A DNA stretch of 43,875 nt, filler included, from Jimgerdemannia flammicorona (taxonomy: Eukaryota): the NCBI GenBank assembly GCA_003990765.1. It is 2 parts of 2 records of this genome, joined end to end, with 100 filler letters (N's around TTAATTAATTAA, not from the genome) between each part and the next. Parts side by side here need not be neighbours in the genome. Positions count along the whole stretch, not along the records: positions 21,992 to 43,875 come from RBNJ01001373.1; 1 more part is not named here. One strand, given 5' to 3'. Numbering within the stretch: the first letter of the stretch is position 1; every line of letters begins with the position of its first letter. Under the pieces are notes generated by a model. The model saw only the letters and a list, made by a program, of their open reading frames with translations. It made no database searches and had not been told where the DNA came from. Below are positions 22,050 to 36,148 of this stretch, piece after piece. Made by a program: the position numbers and the translations under genes.

Positions 22050-25000
22050 TCACCACCCACTATCCAATCTCCATCAGGGGGCCCCTCTCCACCTCTTCAC
22101 ATATAAAGACCATCCTCTCACCAACAACTCCAACTCTCCCACCACTCTGACCACAGATTTTCACTACCAAGCGGCACCTCCGACCCCCCTACAGCCCCCA
22201 ACCAAGCCACCAGCCTGTCAAGGTATCCTCTATAAGGCACTGCCACCATGATAACTGGCTCCCCAAGCTCTGTTGCCTCTCCTCCTCAAATACAAATAGC
22301 CAGTGATTGGCCAGCCCAATCCAAATAGCCAATGTCCAGTCTAAAGTAATCTACTCCTCCCCTACCCCTCCTACCAATTGATCCCTCAGGTCCTCCCACC
22401 TCCCCCATACATTATCTCCCCTATGTCTCACCCCCAAGCGGTCCCCAATGGCCCACCAAAAGTCTCTCAACACTTCACACTCCCCTAGCCAATGTTCTGG
22501 CATCTGTACAAATCCCCCTTCCTTCCCTACATTATGGCACTCCTCGCAGTCAAAGCAGCCCCCTATGACAAGGTGTCCTGAGCAGAAGTTAAACATCACA
22601 TTTCTCCTCAGCATGCACCACCAGATCACCCAGTACTTTGGCAGCATCCAATTTTTCACTGCGGCACTCCAGGTCCAAACTCCATACCAGTCCCACTCCT
22701 CACCAATTCCAACTCTTTGCCAACCACTCAGCCACAGATCCTGGCCTGGTCTCCTTTGGCATTCAATTCCATCACCAATGTTGAACTCAAGTAAAGGCAT
22801 GCCTCCTAGAAGAATGCCATCCCATCTCTACATCGCTGGGCCCTAAGTCCTCTCCCCCTCATCCTCTTACCAGCGAATACCAATATGGTGTGCCCCCTCA
22901 GCTATCCCCCACCAAAAGCCTTTATATCTCAGTTGTGCAGTGTTCTGAAGCCCAACTAATGAAAGAAGATCACCAGTCAAGCCTCTTGGTGATGACCACC
23001 TCTCCCATACCTTCTGCAGCAGGGGGACCCAGCCCCCTCCATGCAACTCCACCACCCTCTTAAGCCACCATGCCCTCAAGCAGTGTAGTCATTTGGGGAA
23101 GTCCACCAGCCCAAGACCACCTCTCACCACCAGTAGGGACAAAGTCTCCCAACCAATCTGACTCCATCTGCCAGCCCAAATCCATCTCTTGGCCACCTTC
23201 ACCAATCTCTTCACCATCCAGGCTGGGAAGTCCAGATGATAAGCCAGATACCACAGCTTCAGCAGCCAGTATATATTCAAAATTGAGATCCTTCCTGTCA
23301 GAGAGAAGTGTCTTCCCCCCCAACCCCACAGGTCCTCCTCCTAAATTTCAATCCTCTGCTCCCACCACAGCCTGGGCAGAACAGACCCATAGACCAACAA
23401 ATAGATGCCTAAGTATCGCACTGCCTCTCCGGTGGGGACAATTGTTCCAATAACTTCTCCGCCCACCAGGCCATTGCCCAGCACTATTGTTTCGCACTTG
23501 TGCCAATTCAGCTTCACCCCAGAGTTCTCCTCATACCACTCCACTGTCTTCTTGAGCTCTTCGACATCCACAGTCACTCCCAAACCAACCACCATATTAT
23601 CAGCAAAGGCTCCAACTTTCCAGCCAACTCCATAGATAGAGAGCCCCACTATTCTCCACCAAATCCTATCCATTAGAGGTTCCAAGAAAGAGCATACAAA
23701 ATGGGGGACAGTGGGTCCCCCTGGGGCACTCCCCTACCCAGAGGGAATGCTACCCCTCTATGCCTATTACACATGAGTGCAGCCCTACTCCTTTCCAGTA
23801 GGCTGACTATCGCCAACCGAAATGGGACCGGAACCCCAATTCTATCTAATACTTTCACCAGCCAGACTCACTGCACCTGGTCATAAGCCTTCTCCTGGTC
23901 CAAGAAGACAAGATGCCCATCCAGTCCACAGGCTTGAGCACCTTCAATAACTCCATGGACCCAGGCTGTGCCATCTCTAATAAGCCAACCCCCTATGAAG
24001 CCCCTCTGCTCAACACCCACAATTTGCTGGGCTACCTTCTGTAGCCTTGCAACTACCACCTTAGTCACCAACTTTCTGTCCATATCTAGCAACATTATCA
24101 GCCACCAGTTCTTCCAATCCTCTCATCTTCCTTTGTTCTTATAAAGCAGCGTCACTAGCCCAAGATCCTGCTCCCTCACCCATCTCTCTGACTGCAATAT
24201 AAAGTCACACAGTTCTGTCAACTCCCCCAACATACCCGGGACTCCAACCATTCGCTTCCAGAAGTCCCAGGGTAGGCCATCCTCCCCAGGTGCCATACCC
24301 GAGGCCATCATGGCAAGAATCTGGTGGATCTCATCCTCCTTTACAGGTATCACCAGGTCACCTAATCCCTCAGCCTGTGGTGGGTGCCAATCTTCTAATA
24401 TTTGGTCAATGGCTGTAGCATCTGCCCCACCCTCCTCCTCACTCCACAATCCACTCCATCATGCCTTCAGCATTCCAAGGATATCCTGTACACCATGCAC
24501 TAGTATACCATCCAAGTCAAGTACCCCTTCCCACTGCTGCTATACCCTTCTCACTCGAAGTGTCCTCATGAGAAACTTGGAAGGCCTCTCCCCTTCCTCC
24601 AGCCTCTGCCAGTGAAGCTGTGCCACCAGGCCTTGTATCCTTGACTCTTCCTCTTCCTGCAGCACCTGTTGTAGTTCCCCAACCTCCATCTTTACCCTCG
24701 TTATTCTCCAATCCTCTTCTCTCTCCACTACTGCCAGTCTCGCCCACTCCTTCAGGAGCCTAGCCAATCTAGTAGAAGCCCAATGCACTCTCTGCCTTTG
24801 CTGCTTCGCAGCCACTCTGCCAGCCTCACTCCAGTACATCCTGGCCATCTCTTTCAACCTCATCTACCAAACCCCAATTGCAGCCCCTTCCTGCCACCAA
24901 TTCGCCACCTTTAGCTGAATGTCTTTCACCCACTCCTCTCACCGAGACTCATCATCCAACAAGGAGGAATTTAGGCGCCAATGTCCAGGCCCATCACTAC

Positions 25001-25715
25001 TTCCCCCAAAACACCCCTGTCCCAAAAGGCCCCAGTGATCTGACCATGGATACCATTCTACCTCTAACACCTTCCAAACATTGCAGCCCCAACAGTCAGC
25101 CATCAGAATCCAGTCAATCCTTGTCCCCAGACCTCCAGCCCAATGTGTATATACCCTCTTGTCCCCCCAGTACTCCCTACCAGCATCCACCAGTGCTCCT
25201 AGCCTTTTGACCTCCTCCCACATCACCAGCCCCCCACTCCTGCTCTCAGCACCCCACCCTCTATCAGTTCTATCCAGCCATATATCCCGAACCATATTGA
25301 AATCTTCTCCAAGCATATCCAACCCAACTTCAGCAAGGATCCCACTCTCCAGGAGCCCTTTCACTCAATCCACATGCTCCCCCCGCACAGCAGGGCAGTA
25401 ACAGGAGCCAACTATAGCTGGCTCCCAACCTGCATGAATTCACTCACCCCAGACCAGTCTCTCTCCCCAGCTCCTCACATCCCTTATCTCCCCTCTGCCT
25501 TTCCGAACCAGAATCCTGACCTTGCTGTTCCAAATCACCATGCCACCCCATTCCTTAGTCCATTCCATCCTATCAGAATCATCCTCATACCTGATATCCT
25601 GCAAGAGGAAGAGATCGGCCTCCAATCCCTTCAACCAAATAAAAATATTCCTGTGTCTAACTGCACCCCTTAGCCCATTTACATTCAAAGAAAAAATGTT
25701 GGTTATACTGTTCAT
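22050..25715 (-). pseudogene. LINE copy 2 ORF2 (endonuclease-RT-CCHC); 3' boundary approximate
   Basis: FSLNVNGL, RIDWIL, FLDQEKAYD, GVPQGDPLSPILY, AFADN, CEEC-x14-H-x4-C. Confidence 0.93.
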
Positions 25716-25749
25716 AATGAAATATGGTTTGTTCTCAATCAATCCCTAC

Positions 25750-27775
25750 TGCTCCATGCCTATCTCCTCCTATGCCGTGTCCAGATTATGTTCAGCCATC
25801 ACCTCCTCCTTTCAGCCCTCTGAGCCTCCAGTCCAGCCAACAGCTCAATTATCTCCTCATCAGCCTTCTCCTCAAACTCCTCTCTATACTCAATGCAAGC
25901 CTTCTACCAAAGCTGTAACCCATGATGCCTGTTCCAACAGTACTCAGCCTTCTCTCCAGTGACAACCACCAACTCTGCCTCCCTCTCCTTGTCTACCTCA
26001 TACCCTTCCTCCTCCAGATACACCATGAGAATTTCCACCTTCAGCGCCATCACCACTCCTTCCCCTTGCAAAATTCTCATCCAGTGCTCATCACCCATCC
26101 CATGCAAGTCCACCTCCCCTAGATCTTCTGCTGCCAGGTTATTCATCATCCAGCACACCCAAAGTAGATTCCCCACCTCCTTTCCACCAGGGGTTGCTGG
26201 CCTCCCTCTATCCAGCATCATGGTGTCAGCTCCAGCACTCACGTCCTCATCCCACACCTCCAGGACATCCACCAGTTCCTCCTCCCCGGCCGCCACCACT
26301 TGGTCCCCATTCATTACCTCCAGAATGCTGAATTTTACCTACTGGGTCCCCAGTATCATCACGTCCTCCCCAGACTTGTTCCTGGAAGCTGGGCCATGCC
26401 TAATAAGAGGAGAAGGGGTGGGGGAGTTCTCCTAGACTTCATCCCAAACCTCCAAGGTGCCATCAGCATATGGGTCACTAATCTTCACCTCTTTTGCCTT
26501 CCCTGTCTTTGCCCCATCATTCCCACTCCTCTCACCAGCCCAGACACTTGCTCCAGCCTCTTCTGCATCTGTCTTCATGCTCTCATCCTTCTGTGGTCCA
26601 CCCCCCAGTTTAGCCAGCAGATCCTTCTACCTCTTCCACCCCTGAGCCCTTTCCCACTGCACCTTGTCCACTCAAATCCTCTTTCCATCCACCACCTCCA
26701 GGTGTGTCAACTCCTCAAAAGTCTTCCAGGCCTTAGCTCACCACTCCACAGCCCCATCCAGTTCTTCCAGCACTTCCAATAAGTCTTCCTCCTCTTCTTC
26801 ACTTCCTTTCACCCATATCACCTTGCACAGGAATGCTCCCCAAACCATCACCAAAGGCCAGTCCCTCACCTTCCCAGTAGCCTCTTTCCCAGCCAGCCGA
26901 ATCCTCACATCCACATCCCCAGTTCTGAGTGTAGTCCCTTCCCAGACCCTGAATCCAATATCCACCACCTCTCTGTACTCTGCCATGACATCCTCCACTC
27001 TCTTCCTTGTCTCCATCACTATCACCATGGGTACTCCTTTCACTAGCAGTTGGACCACCCTCAGATCCCATTTCAAACACCTTGCCATTAGAACACACAC
27101 CTCCCCAACCACCAACCCAACCTTCAGTGCCTTCTCCAGCAGTTCAACCTCCTCAAAACCCACCTCCACCCCCTCCAGTCCCTTCAGAAACTTCACTGAA
27201 GCCACTCCTGCCACCTGCTTAGCGATAAGCCCCAACACCATTTTCACCATCATTGCTAAGCCCCAGAAGTACAGTGTGATCACGAATACCGAGATCGACT
27301 TCTTGAGTAATGGAGCCACCACCAGTCCTGTTACACCATCTGCCAGGTCCCTGGGCCTCATGCCCTTCCCACTACTCAGCTCACCATCAGCAGTCCCATC
27401 TAGATTTTTTTCCAGATCACCTGTCACACCCCCATCAGCAGTCTCCGCCCCAGCCGCTATCCCCCCAGCTCTACCCCTATGGCCCTCCAGAGAGATACCC
27501 CCAAGAGGTTGCTGCCTGGTAGCCTTCACCAGTACTTTCCCCCCTCTCAGCCAGCTCTCCAGTCCAGCTCCCTGCTGACCCCCCTTCACCTTCTCTGCAA
27601 AGCTCACCCTGCCAGACCCTTGCCCTCTAGCTCCACCCCCTCCTCCACCACGGCCTCCTGCCAGCAGGCCCCTCATACTTCCCCCCAAGCTGGGGCCTCT
27701 CCCCACTTGCTGCCATTCAAATGCTCCAGGGCCACCCTGCTCAGTATGCACCTCAGGATACTTGTTGGTCACCAT
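25750..27775 (-). pseudogene. LINE copy 2 ORF1 (Gly-rich N-terminus, RRM-like middle, acidic coiled-coil)
   Basis: 345-aa ORF 26738-27775 plus downstream fragments; lies upstream of ORF2; conserved in copies 1 and 4. Confidence 0.82.
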
Positions 27776-27859
27776 GATACTAGTAGCTTTTCTCCAGAAA
27801 CTGTATCAAAAGTGTTACCAAAAGATTGTGTAACCTGAATGTTACTGAAGAAAGGTGTG

Positions 27860-29363
27860 AATATCAAGAACTCTTCTACAAGTATAGCACCTTTATTCTC
27901 TACCTCTAAGTTATTATCACCAAAATGATTGCTACTCTGTCCTATGGCCAAATCGATGACATGATACAAGAACTCAACCACAAGTACCTCAAGTATATTG
28001 AGACTACAGACAGAACCTTCTCACACCCTGATGACTACATCCTGCAAATGCCTCAAGTTGGATATGCAATGAAGGACGTCTATGATATAATTCACTTTGA
28101 TAAAGACAAAGCAGAAGACAATGATCTCTCTGATGATGATATGACCTCAAGCCAAGGATCTCTACCAACCCTGATCATGCCCCCCAACCTTACCGATGAA
28201 CTTATAATAGTTCATAACTACCTATGAGACCTATTGGAACAATGACCATTGGTATGAATACCAACCCACATTCACCCCTTATTATTTCAACTATAATGAA
28301 GAGACTGGAGAACACAACCTGTACCTTCAGACAACTCTTGAGAGTGAACCAACCACTCTACCACCCAAGTATAAGCAACATGAACCACAGCCACCAGCTT
28401 ACTACAATCTCATGACTCATAGTGCTGTAACCTATAGAAGGTACATATGCAGATAGCGAATCTGATGAAAGTGAAGACAATGCACCCCTCTTTTGCCCAC
28501 CAATACCTTATCTAGCATATGAGACAGATGATGCAATTCTGTGGGATGGAGACAAAGTCCCAATATATTACTACCTCAGCCAACAAGGAGAAGTAATCCA
28601 TGAACCACTCTTCCTAGATGACTACTTCATCAGAGATGATGTCATTGATGGTAATATCATCAAAGACTACCCAGATAGCATCTAAATCTATAGATAGTCT
28701 AGCAGTCATAGTATAGTTAGATTAGCCTTATATGACATAACTGTGAACTGACTCAGCAGTCAGATGATCTCTTGATATGTCAGATCACACTTGTACTACA
28801 TGACTGCATTCTGACTCAGCAAGGCACTTAGTGCTACATCCATATTTAGCATAGTCCAGATAGCCCCTCACTAGTATAAATATCCCCTCCCCCAGACCTC
28901 AGAATCTCAGACTGAAACAGACTTGAACAATCTGAATACAACTTCTGAGCACTTCCCCACAATATCCCTTTATACAACTACTCCTAGTATAGTAATATTA
29001 TGAATAGCAAATAAACCTATTTAATAACCCACAAACTACTCTTAAGTAAATCCACTCCCCATTAGGTCCCACTCCTAACCCTGTTATGAAATTTCCTAAT
29101 TGGGTATTGTCTGCAGCGATATGCCAATTCAACTAAGCTGGTCTTAGTTTTTTGAACTTCCTGAAATATGGAAATCCTGAACATCCAGAACTAGTCCAAA
29201 AAAGGACTTTGGTTGAGACATCAAGAAATCAATAAGTATAGAGGATGTACTCTATATAAAATTGATCTTGACTATAAGAAAATAGTCTTTCAGAATATCT
29301 AGAACTTCCAGAAAACCCTTTCAGAACTATGTAACAGTTACCCTAAAAAGCAACCCTCTTACA
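27860..29363 (+). repeat. Family-D long LTR copy D1 (5' part cut by LINE copy 2), with part of the U3 ORF (to ~28685)
   Basis: Reverse-complement homolog of 40035-41490; ends CTCTTACA; TATAAATA near 28875. Confidence 0.88.
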
Positions 29364-29655
29364 GCTAATCTAACTATACTATGACTGCTAAGCTATCTAT
29401 AGATTTAGATACTATCTAGGTAGTCTTTGATAATATCACTATTGATGACATTATCTCTAATGAAGTAGTCATCTAGAAAGAGTTGTTTGTGGATTAACTC
29501 TCCTTGTTCACTAAGGTAATAATATATTGGGACTTCATCACTATTCTACAGAATAGTATCATCTGTCTTATATACTAGATAAGGTATTGGTGGATGAAGG
29601 AGTAGTGCATCATCTTCACTTTCATTAGATTCACTATCTGCGTACCTTCTATAGG

Positions 29656-31509
29656 TGTAAGCACACAACTTCCAAGCCACCAAAGTCATATGTCATCCTC
29701 AGAACTAATTTGGAAACCACATATGAGACTACAAAACAAGTTACTGAAGAGATTATATGGTTACACAAAATATACCAGTAAGCATGAGAACTCTTTACCA
29801 AGATACAAGAATACCAGAAGAAGTACTATAATCATAAGACCAACTCTGAACCTCTATAACTAGTTTGGTATACTGTACTATTACAAAAGAAAACCAAAAG
29901 TATCAAAATCAAACCAAGACAAAAAGAACTCTATCTCACTCATCAAAAGGTTTATGAACTATACTTATTAACTTAAGACTAAGATATATCACAACTATAT
30001 AAGACCTCATTACTTAGCAGAAGTAAAATGCATTTAAACAACTCCATTTGCTCTATCTGTATCACCTCTATTGGAGAGTGATGGATGCTTCATCTGAACT
30101 CAAGAAAGCTGACATCATCAAAACCAATCTCAAGCCATCTACATAACAGATATTACTACTAGAAATTGCCTCAGATTACAGAAAATATCATTTCCAAGAG
30201 GTTTGAACCCCCAGCTGTGACATTGAGAGCCCTCGCTCTAGACAAGAATGGCCAGTCCTCACAAATATACCAGCAGACCAAAAAAAAAAAGAACCAAGAC
30301 CTGTTATCCTTGTATACCCACTGCTACCAAGGATAGCCTTAATCTTGCAAGAGATAGAAGTGATGACTAGTGCTCCCAAATAAGTTGAATCAATTCGAAT
30401 CGAATCAAATTGAGGGTTAAACGAGTCAAATCGAATTGGGGATTTTTCAATTCAAATCAATTCGAATCGAATCAAAAGTCAAATCAAATTGAGGGTCTGA
30501 TTTGAACCCTAATTTTCAAAATGCAATAACTCAGCGTAAACTCGTCCAAATCTAACGTACTTTAGCTTGTTAGAATCACATTAATATGGTGAATCTAACA
30601 AGCTAAAATACGTTAAATTAGGATGAGTTTTCATCAAGTTATTACATTTTGAAAATTAAGGTTTGAATTGAACTTCAAATCGAATCGAGTTTGGGCCAAA
30701 TTCGATTTGATTTGATTTGTTGGGAGCACTAGTGATGACACCTTTGAAACTGATGATATCAGAAGTCAGAAAACTGCTCAGACTTTGCCAGTGATGATGT
30801 CATCAATAGTGATATTATTGAAGATTACCCAGATAGTATTTAAACCTATAAATAGCTTAGCAGTCATAGTATAGTTAGATTAGCCTTATATGATGTGACT
30901 GTGAACTGACTCAGCAGTCAGACAATCTCTTGATATATCAGATCACACTTATATTATGTGACTGCATTCTGACTCAGCAAAGCACTAAGTGCTACATTTA
31001 TATCTAGTATACTCTCACTAGTATAAATACCCCCTCTCTCAGACCTCAGAATCTCAGTTAAGAATATACAAGAACATTTCTAAATACTTCCCCACAATAT
31101 CTCTTCATACAAACTACTCCTAGTATAGCAATATCATGAATAGCGAATAAATCTATTTAATAATCTACAAACCACTCTTAAGTAAATCTGCTCTCCATTA
31201 GGTCCCACTCTTAACCTCATCACGAAATTTCCTAATTGGGTATTGTCTGTAGCAATACACCAATTCAACTAAGCTGGTCTTAGTTTCTTGAACTTCCTGA
31301 AATAAGAAAAATTCTGAACATTCAGAACTAGTCCAAAAAAGGACTTTGGTTGAGATGTCAATCTGATCTTAAAATTAATAAGTATAGAGAATATACTCTA
31401 TATGAAATTAATCTTGACTATAAGAAAACAGTTTTCCAGAATATCCAGAACTTTCAGAAAACCCTTTCAGAACTATGTAATAGTTACCCTAAAAAGCAAC
31501 TCTCTTATA
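29656..31509 (+). repeat. 5' LTR of element C (contains the MITE insertion)
   Basis: 1482 bp after removing MITE plus TSD; direct repeat of 37973-39455. Confidence 0.92.
30368..30731. mobile_element. 364-bp hAT-type MITE
   Basis: TIR TAGTGCTCCCAA / TTGGGAGCACTA, perfect 8-bp TSD GTGATGAC (30360-30367 and 30732-30739), empty site in the sister LTR at ~38677. Confidence 0.93.
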
Positions 31510-32329
31510 ACTTAATAGCAGTAGTTTATAATCCAATTCCACTTCAAGACACTTTCTTACCCCACTATAAACCTTGCTGAGAATTCCTACAAGTTGATAT
31601 AAAGCCCAACCTCTGAACTGGAATTTATCTTGAACTATCTGATAATCTGGAGAGAATTAAACCTGATATATGTATAAGGACAATTTGACCTCCACATCTG
31701 CAACAAGTGGGACAAACTTCACTCAAAGAAAGAAGTACTCTGATTAAATCAGCAGATAGGCAAAACTCTATTTACTGAACTCCTTGCTCTACACCCAGCA
31801 AGTCAAGATGAAGAAGGTCTTATAGAAGTCTTCTTTACTCTTCTTAACAAGAGTTTTGTCAGCTCCACAAATCTGAGTAATCTAGGATAACCAGCAGCAG
31901 TCTTTCTAGCCTTAGTTCCTCACAAAGTCCAAGCTTCTATAGCCAAGTAGTTCAACTCTACTGACTTTTACTGCACCAGGACCAAGACCACATTATACTA
32001 CTGATTCTAGAACAGTAAGGCCCACCATATTCTTAAAGAAGAAGCAAGAGAAACCCTTCATCAACTACCTGACCCCAAACCAGAAGCAGGCTCTGCTACA
32101 GCTCTACCTGAATCTGAAATCAATACTGAACCAGAACTTGACTTTGAATTAAGTCTATCTAAAATCAGATATACCACTGATTCTGTCTACTTCAATGCTG
32201 AGCAAACCTAATTATATAGGGACCAAACTGAAGAGGAGGAGGAGTATCTCAGTGAATTTGATCTCAGATATACCACTAAAGAAGATGTACCTCTATTAGA
32301 ACAAAATACACCTATACAGCAATAAATAG

Positions 32330-35300
32330 CTATCTATCGAGCTCTTACTCCAGACCCACAACTATTACTCCAGTAACTAATACAGACCTAAAGAACACTC
32401 TTACACTCTGTACCAGTACCTCAAGTAGTATTAGTAATACCACTACCAGCAGTCCAACTGCCTCTAGTAAACAATATAGCAAACCAACAGATTCTAGACC
32501 TCACAGCCCAGGTAGCCATAATGGCAGCAACCATTACTGCCTTAGCTAAACAGATCTGACCAACAAAAAATCTGAGCCTACCTACCTTCAATGGTACTGC
32601 ACAAGAAGTCCAAAGCTTTATTAGTGTAGTTGACACCAACTTTGAGACTAATCAATGGACCAATGAGTGAGTTGCTAACTGCCTTCTGACAAACAATCAA
32701 GACCACACTCTGGAACAACTCTTTACTACTACTATAGCCTATGTTCGCTGAGTTGTTACATTCTTCTGAGGATCTGCTAAAGAATGGTAGTGAATCCTTC
32801 CTGAAAAACTCCTCACATGGGATACCTGACCTACAGTAGTTGTCCAGAATGCAGCAAACAATGCCCTAGGATATGGAGCTCATCCTGCAGCCCCTGGACT
32901 AAAACAACTCATGATTGCTCAATATTGCAGCAAAACCATAATTGCTGAATCTTGAGTAAAACTCCATAACCTCAAATTCAACATACATGGCAAAGAAGAA
33001 TTCAAAACCTTCTGTACAAAACTTGAATCACTTCTGAATACTGTTGGCCTAGAATATATTGTCAATGATGAAGTATGAAGGGGGGAGATTTGGGGGAAAT
33101 GAGGATGGACCTGGACATTGGCAACTAAATTCTTCCCTGTTGGAGAATAGGGTGTTGTGGGAGGGATGGGAATTGGAGGTGGTTGGAAATATCGGCAGGT
33201 GGCGGGAACAAGGACTGGAGATTGGGGACTGCTGGAGAAGGCTGAAGGCAAAGGCTCAGGAGTATTGAAGGGAAGCAGGGAAAGGGAAGTGTGCCCAGTG
33301 AAGGCAGCGAGTGCTGTGGGCCTTGCAGTATCTGGCAGCACTCATGGAGAGATGGGCAGGTGTGCTGAAGGATGGGGCCATGACTGATTGGCATATTGTG
33401 AGGATCCGGCAGAAGGTAGAGGAGCTCAAAGGGGTGCTACACAAGGAGGAGGAGGAGCAGTTGCAGGGAATGGTGGCCCACCTGCGGTGGCAGGGGCTTG
33501 AGGAGGAGGAGAGGCCTACCAGATTCTTGTCATGGTTGTTATAAGTACAACAAACGAGGCAGCAGTGGGAGGGAGTTTTGGATGAGAATGGCAAGCTGGT
33601 GGTGGAGACTCTGGCGATTCTGGGCCTACTATGAACCTGGTGGGGGAATCTTTGGAGTGAGGAGGATGGGGGATTGGATGCCCTGGACATTGAAAGACAG
33701 CTGAGAGATTGGCACCTGGACCCTGTGATGGGTCTTGGGGCATTGGGAGACCCAGTGAGTGGCGAGGAGATTTGCAGGGTTATGGCCTCAATGAGTAAGG
33801 GGACAGCTCTGAGAGAGGATGGGCTTCCCTGGGATTTTGGCAGAAGATGACTAAGGTGGGTGAGGTGCTAGAGGAAATGTCTGCTATGTGTGATAGAATT
33901 CTTCAGTCTGGTGCCTGGATTGGAGGACAGCACTTAGGGCTAGTCTCTTTGCTCTTTAAGGACAAGAGTAGGCAAGAAGACTAGAAGAACTGGCGGCCAA
34001 TTATGCTTCTTGACATGGACCACAAATTGGTGATGAAAATCTTGGTGATGAGGTTGCAAGACATTGCTCAGCAGGTTCTTGGTATGGAGCAATGTGGGTT
34101 TGTTGGTGGTCGGTTGATTTGAGATGGGACAGCCTGGGTTCATAGAGTGATTGAAGGTGCCTGGGCAATAGGGGTGGATGGCAGATTGGTGTTTCTGGAC
34201 CAAGAGAAGGCTTATGATAGAGTGTGGAGAATATGGCTGGAGGGAGTGCTGAAGTGGATTGGTGTCCTGCTGGGGGTCCAAAGATCATTAATCAGCCTCT
34301 TGGAGGACAGTCAGGTGGCATTGGTCATCAATGGCCATAGAGGGGTGACCTTTCTTCTGGGACATGGGGTACTACAAGGGGACCCCTTGTCACCCATATT
34401 GTATGCTCTTTCCCTGGAGCCACTACTGGACAGGATTCGGCATAAGATTGGAGGTTTGGATATTTTAGGGGTAAACTGGAAGGTGGGGGCCTTTGCTGAT
34501 GATATAGTGGTCAGGCTGGGCTCCTTGGGAGATGTGAGAGAGTTACAGAGGACTGTGGAATGGTATGAGCGGGGTTCTGGTGCTAAACTTAACTGGCACA
34601 AATGCAAGATGCTGGTACTGGGCACTGGAATTGTTGGTGGTGATGTTATTGGGATAGTGGTGCCAGCGGGTGAACCAGTGTGCTACTTAGGGATCTACTT
34701 CTCAGTGTTCAGATCTCTTCTTCCCCAGGCATAGTGAGACTGTAAACTTCTGGAGTGGGGTAATGTCTTGCTGAGATGGGGAGGCTGGCATATGTCTCTT
34801 GCTGGAAGGGTGATAGTGTTGAATGTGTACTGGATGCTGAAGCTGTGGTATATTGGATATCATTTGGATTTCCCAGCCTGGGTGGTTAAGGCGTTGTTGA
34901 AGATGGTAAGGTCATAGATCTGGGGAGGGTGGTGAAGCCAGGTTGGTTGGGAGGTGCTCACACTGCCCTTGGAAAGAGGTGGGCTAGGCCTAGTGAACTT
35001 TACTAAGTGGCTTCTATGTCTGAGAGCCTGGTGGCTGTGAAGGGCGAGTGAGCTCAGGAGGCGGGAGTGGGTGCCACTCATGCAGAGATTGTGGGAGGTT
35101 CGGTACTCCCCACGTGGTGGCTCTGGGGACCTGCTTGCGATGGTGGCCATAGAAGGGAGCAGGAAGATGTGGTTTATAGGCTTTTGATAGGGGGTGGTGG
35201 ATAGTGCTAAGAAGATTGGACTTCAGTGGTGAGGTGATGAAGCCAAGGAGGTTTGGGGACTGTGGATGTGGTAGTGGGACAGGCTTCTATTGGGTGGTGT

Positions 35301-36109
35301 CCTGGTGGAGGACTTTCAGCTTGGCGAGGGCCTGGAGTGTCTGCGAGGCCTAGGTGGGGACCTGTGGCCAGAAGCCTGGCAGAGGGTTGGAATTAGGGAA
35401 GAGTGGGATTAGAATGGACTCTGGCTTTAGAGCAAATGGGTGTGGCAGTGGCTGCCCCCCAAGTTCTGGGTGGTATGGTGGTGGGTCCTATGGCGGAATG
35501 TGATGTTGAACTATCAGTCTGGACACTTGATGGATGGTGGGGTATTCGAGTGCGAGGATTGTTTCAATGTTGGTCAGGAGGGAGGAGTGGTACAAATACC
35601 TGAACATTGGCTTGGTGAATGCAAGGTTTTGGGGGAGTTTTGGAGATGTATTATGGACAGGGTAGGGCTGAGTGCCATGGAGGGAGAGGAAGGGGGGAGA
35701 TGGGGAGAGCTCCACCAGTGACTGGTGGGTGGGGTTGGGGATGAATGGCTGACCCTTAGTTGGGCTTTGGCTATGTGGGTTGGGCTGGCTGAGCATTAGG
35801 TTTATATATTTGAGGAAGGGCGCCAGGTCAGGGTTGGTGACAAGATGGCCTGGTGGGAATGGTTGATGTTGGATATTTTGAATAGCTGGTGGCGGAGTTG
35901 GGGGATGGGTGGGGGGTACCGCAGAGGTCTAGTGCAGCATATCACCTAGAGGAGTGGTGGGAGGGTTCGGGTAGTGGGTAATTGGGTGGTGCTTGGGCAG
36001 GGGGAGGTTGAGGAGGGGGGATTGGGCCCCCGGGGCATTGGTTGAGGGTAGGGGTGACATTGTATTGTTAATACTATAGACTTCGGTAATAAAGGGCAGT
36101 CCAAGAGAC

Positions 36110-36148
<39 letters not shown>

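Larger units (their letters stand above)
21992..27859 (-). mobile_element. Full-length L1/Tx1-like LINE copy 2
   Basis: Poly(T) next to the gap, ORF1 plus ORF2, 5' end shared with copies 1 and 4; abuts the interior of a family-D LTR at 27860. Confidence 0.93.

Noticed and set aside
26664..27578. Long Ser/Pro/Thr-rich plus-strand ORFs (also 14081-14767, 12192-12764, and minus-strand 4930-5670)
   Set aside because: Antisense shadows of compositionally skewed TE coding strands; no independent motifs.
31350..31580. Small ORFs repeated in C/D LTR ends (also 39296-39547)
   Set aside because: Non-ATG starts, lie in U5, run across the LTR boundary, and are disrupted in D1.
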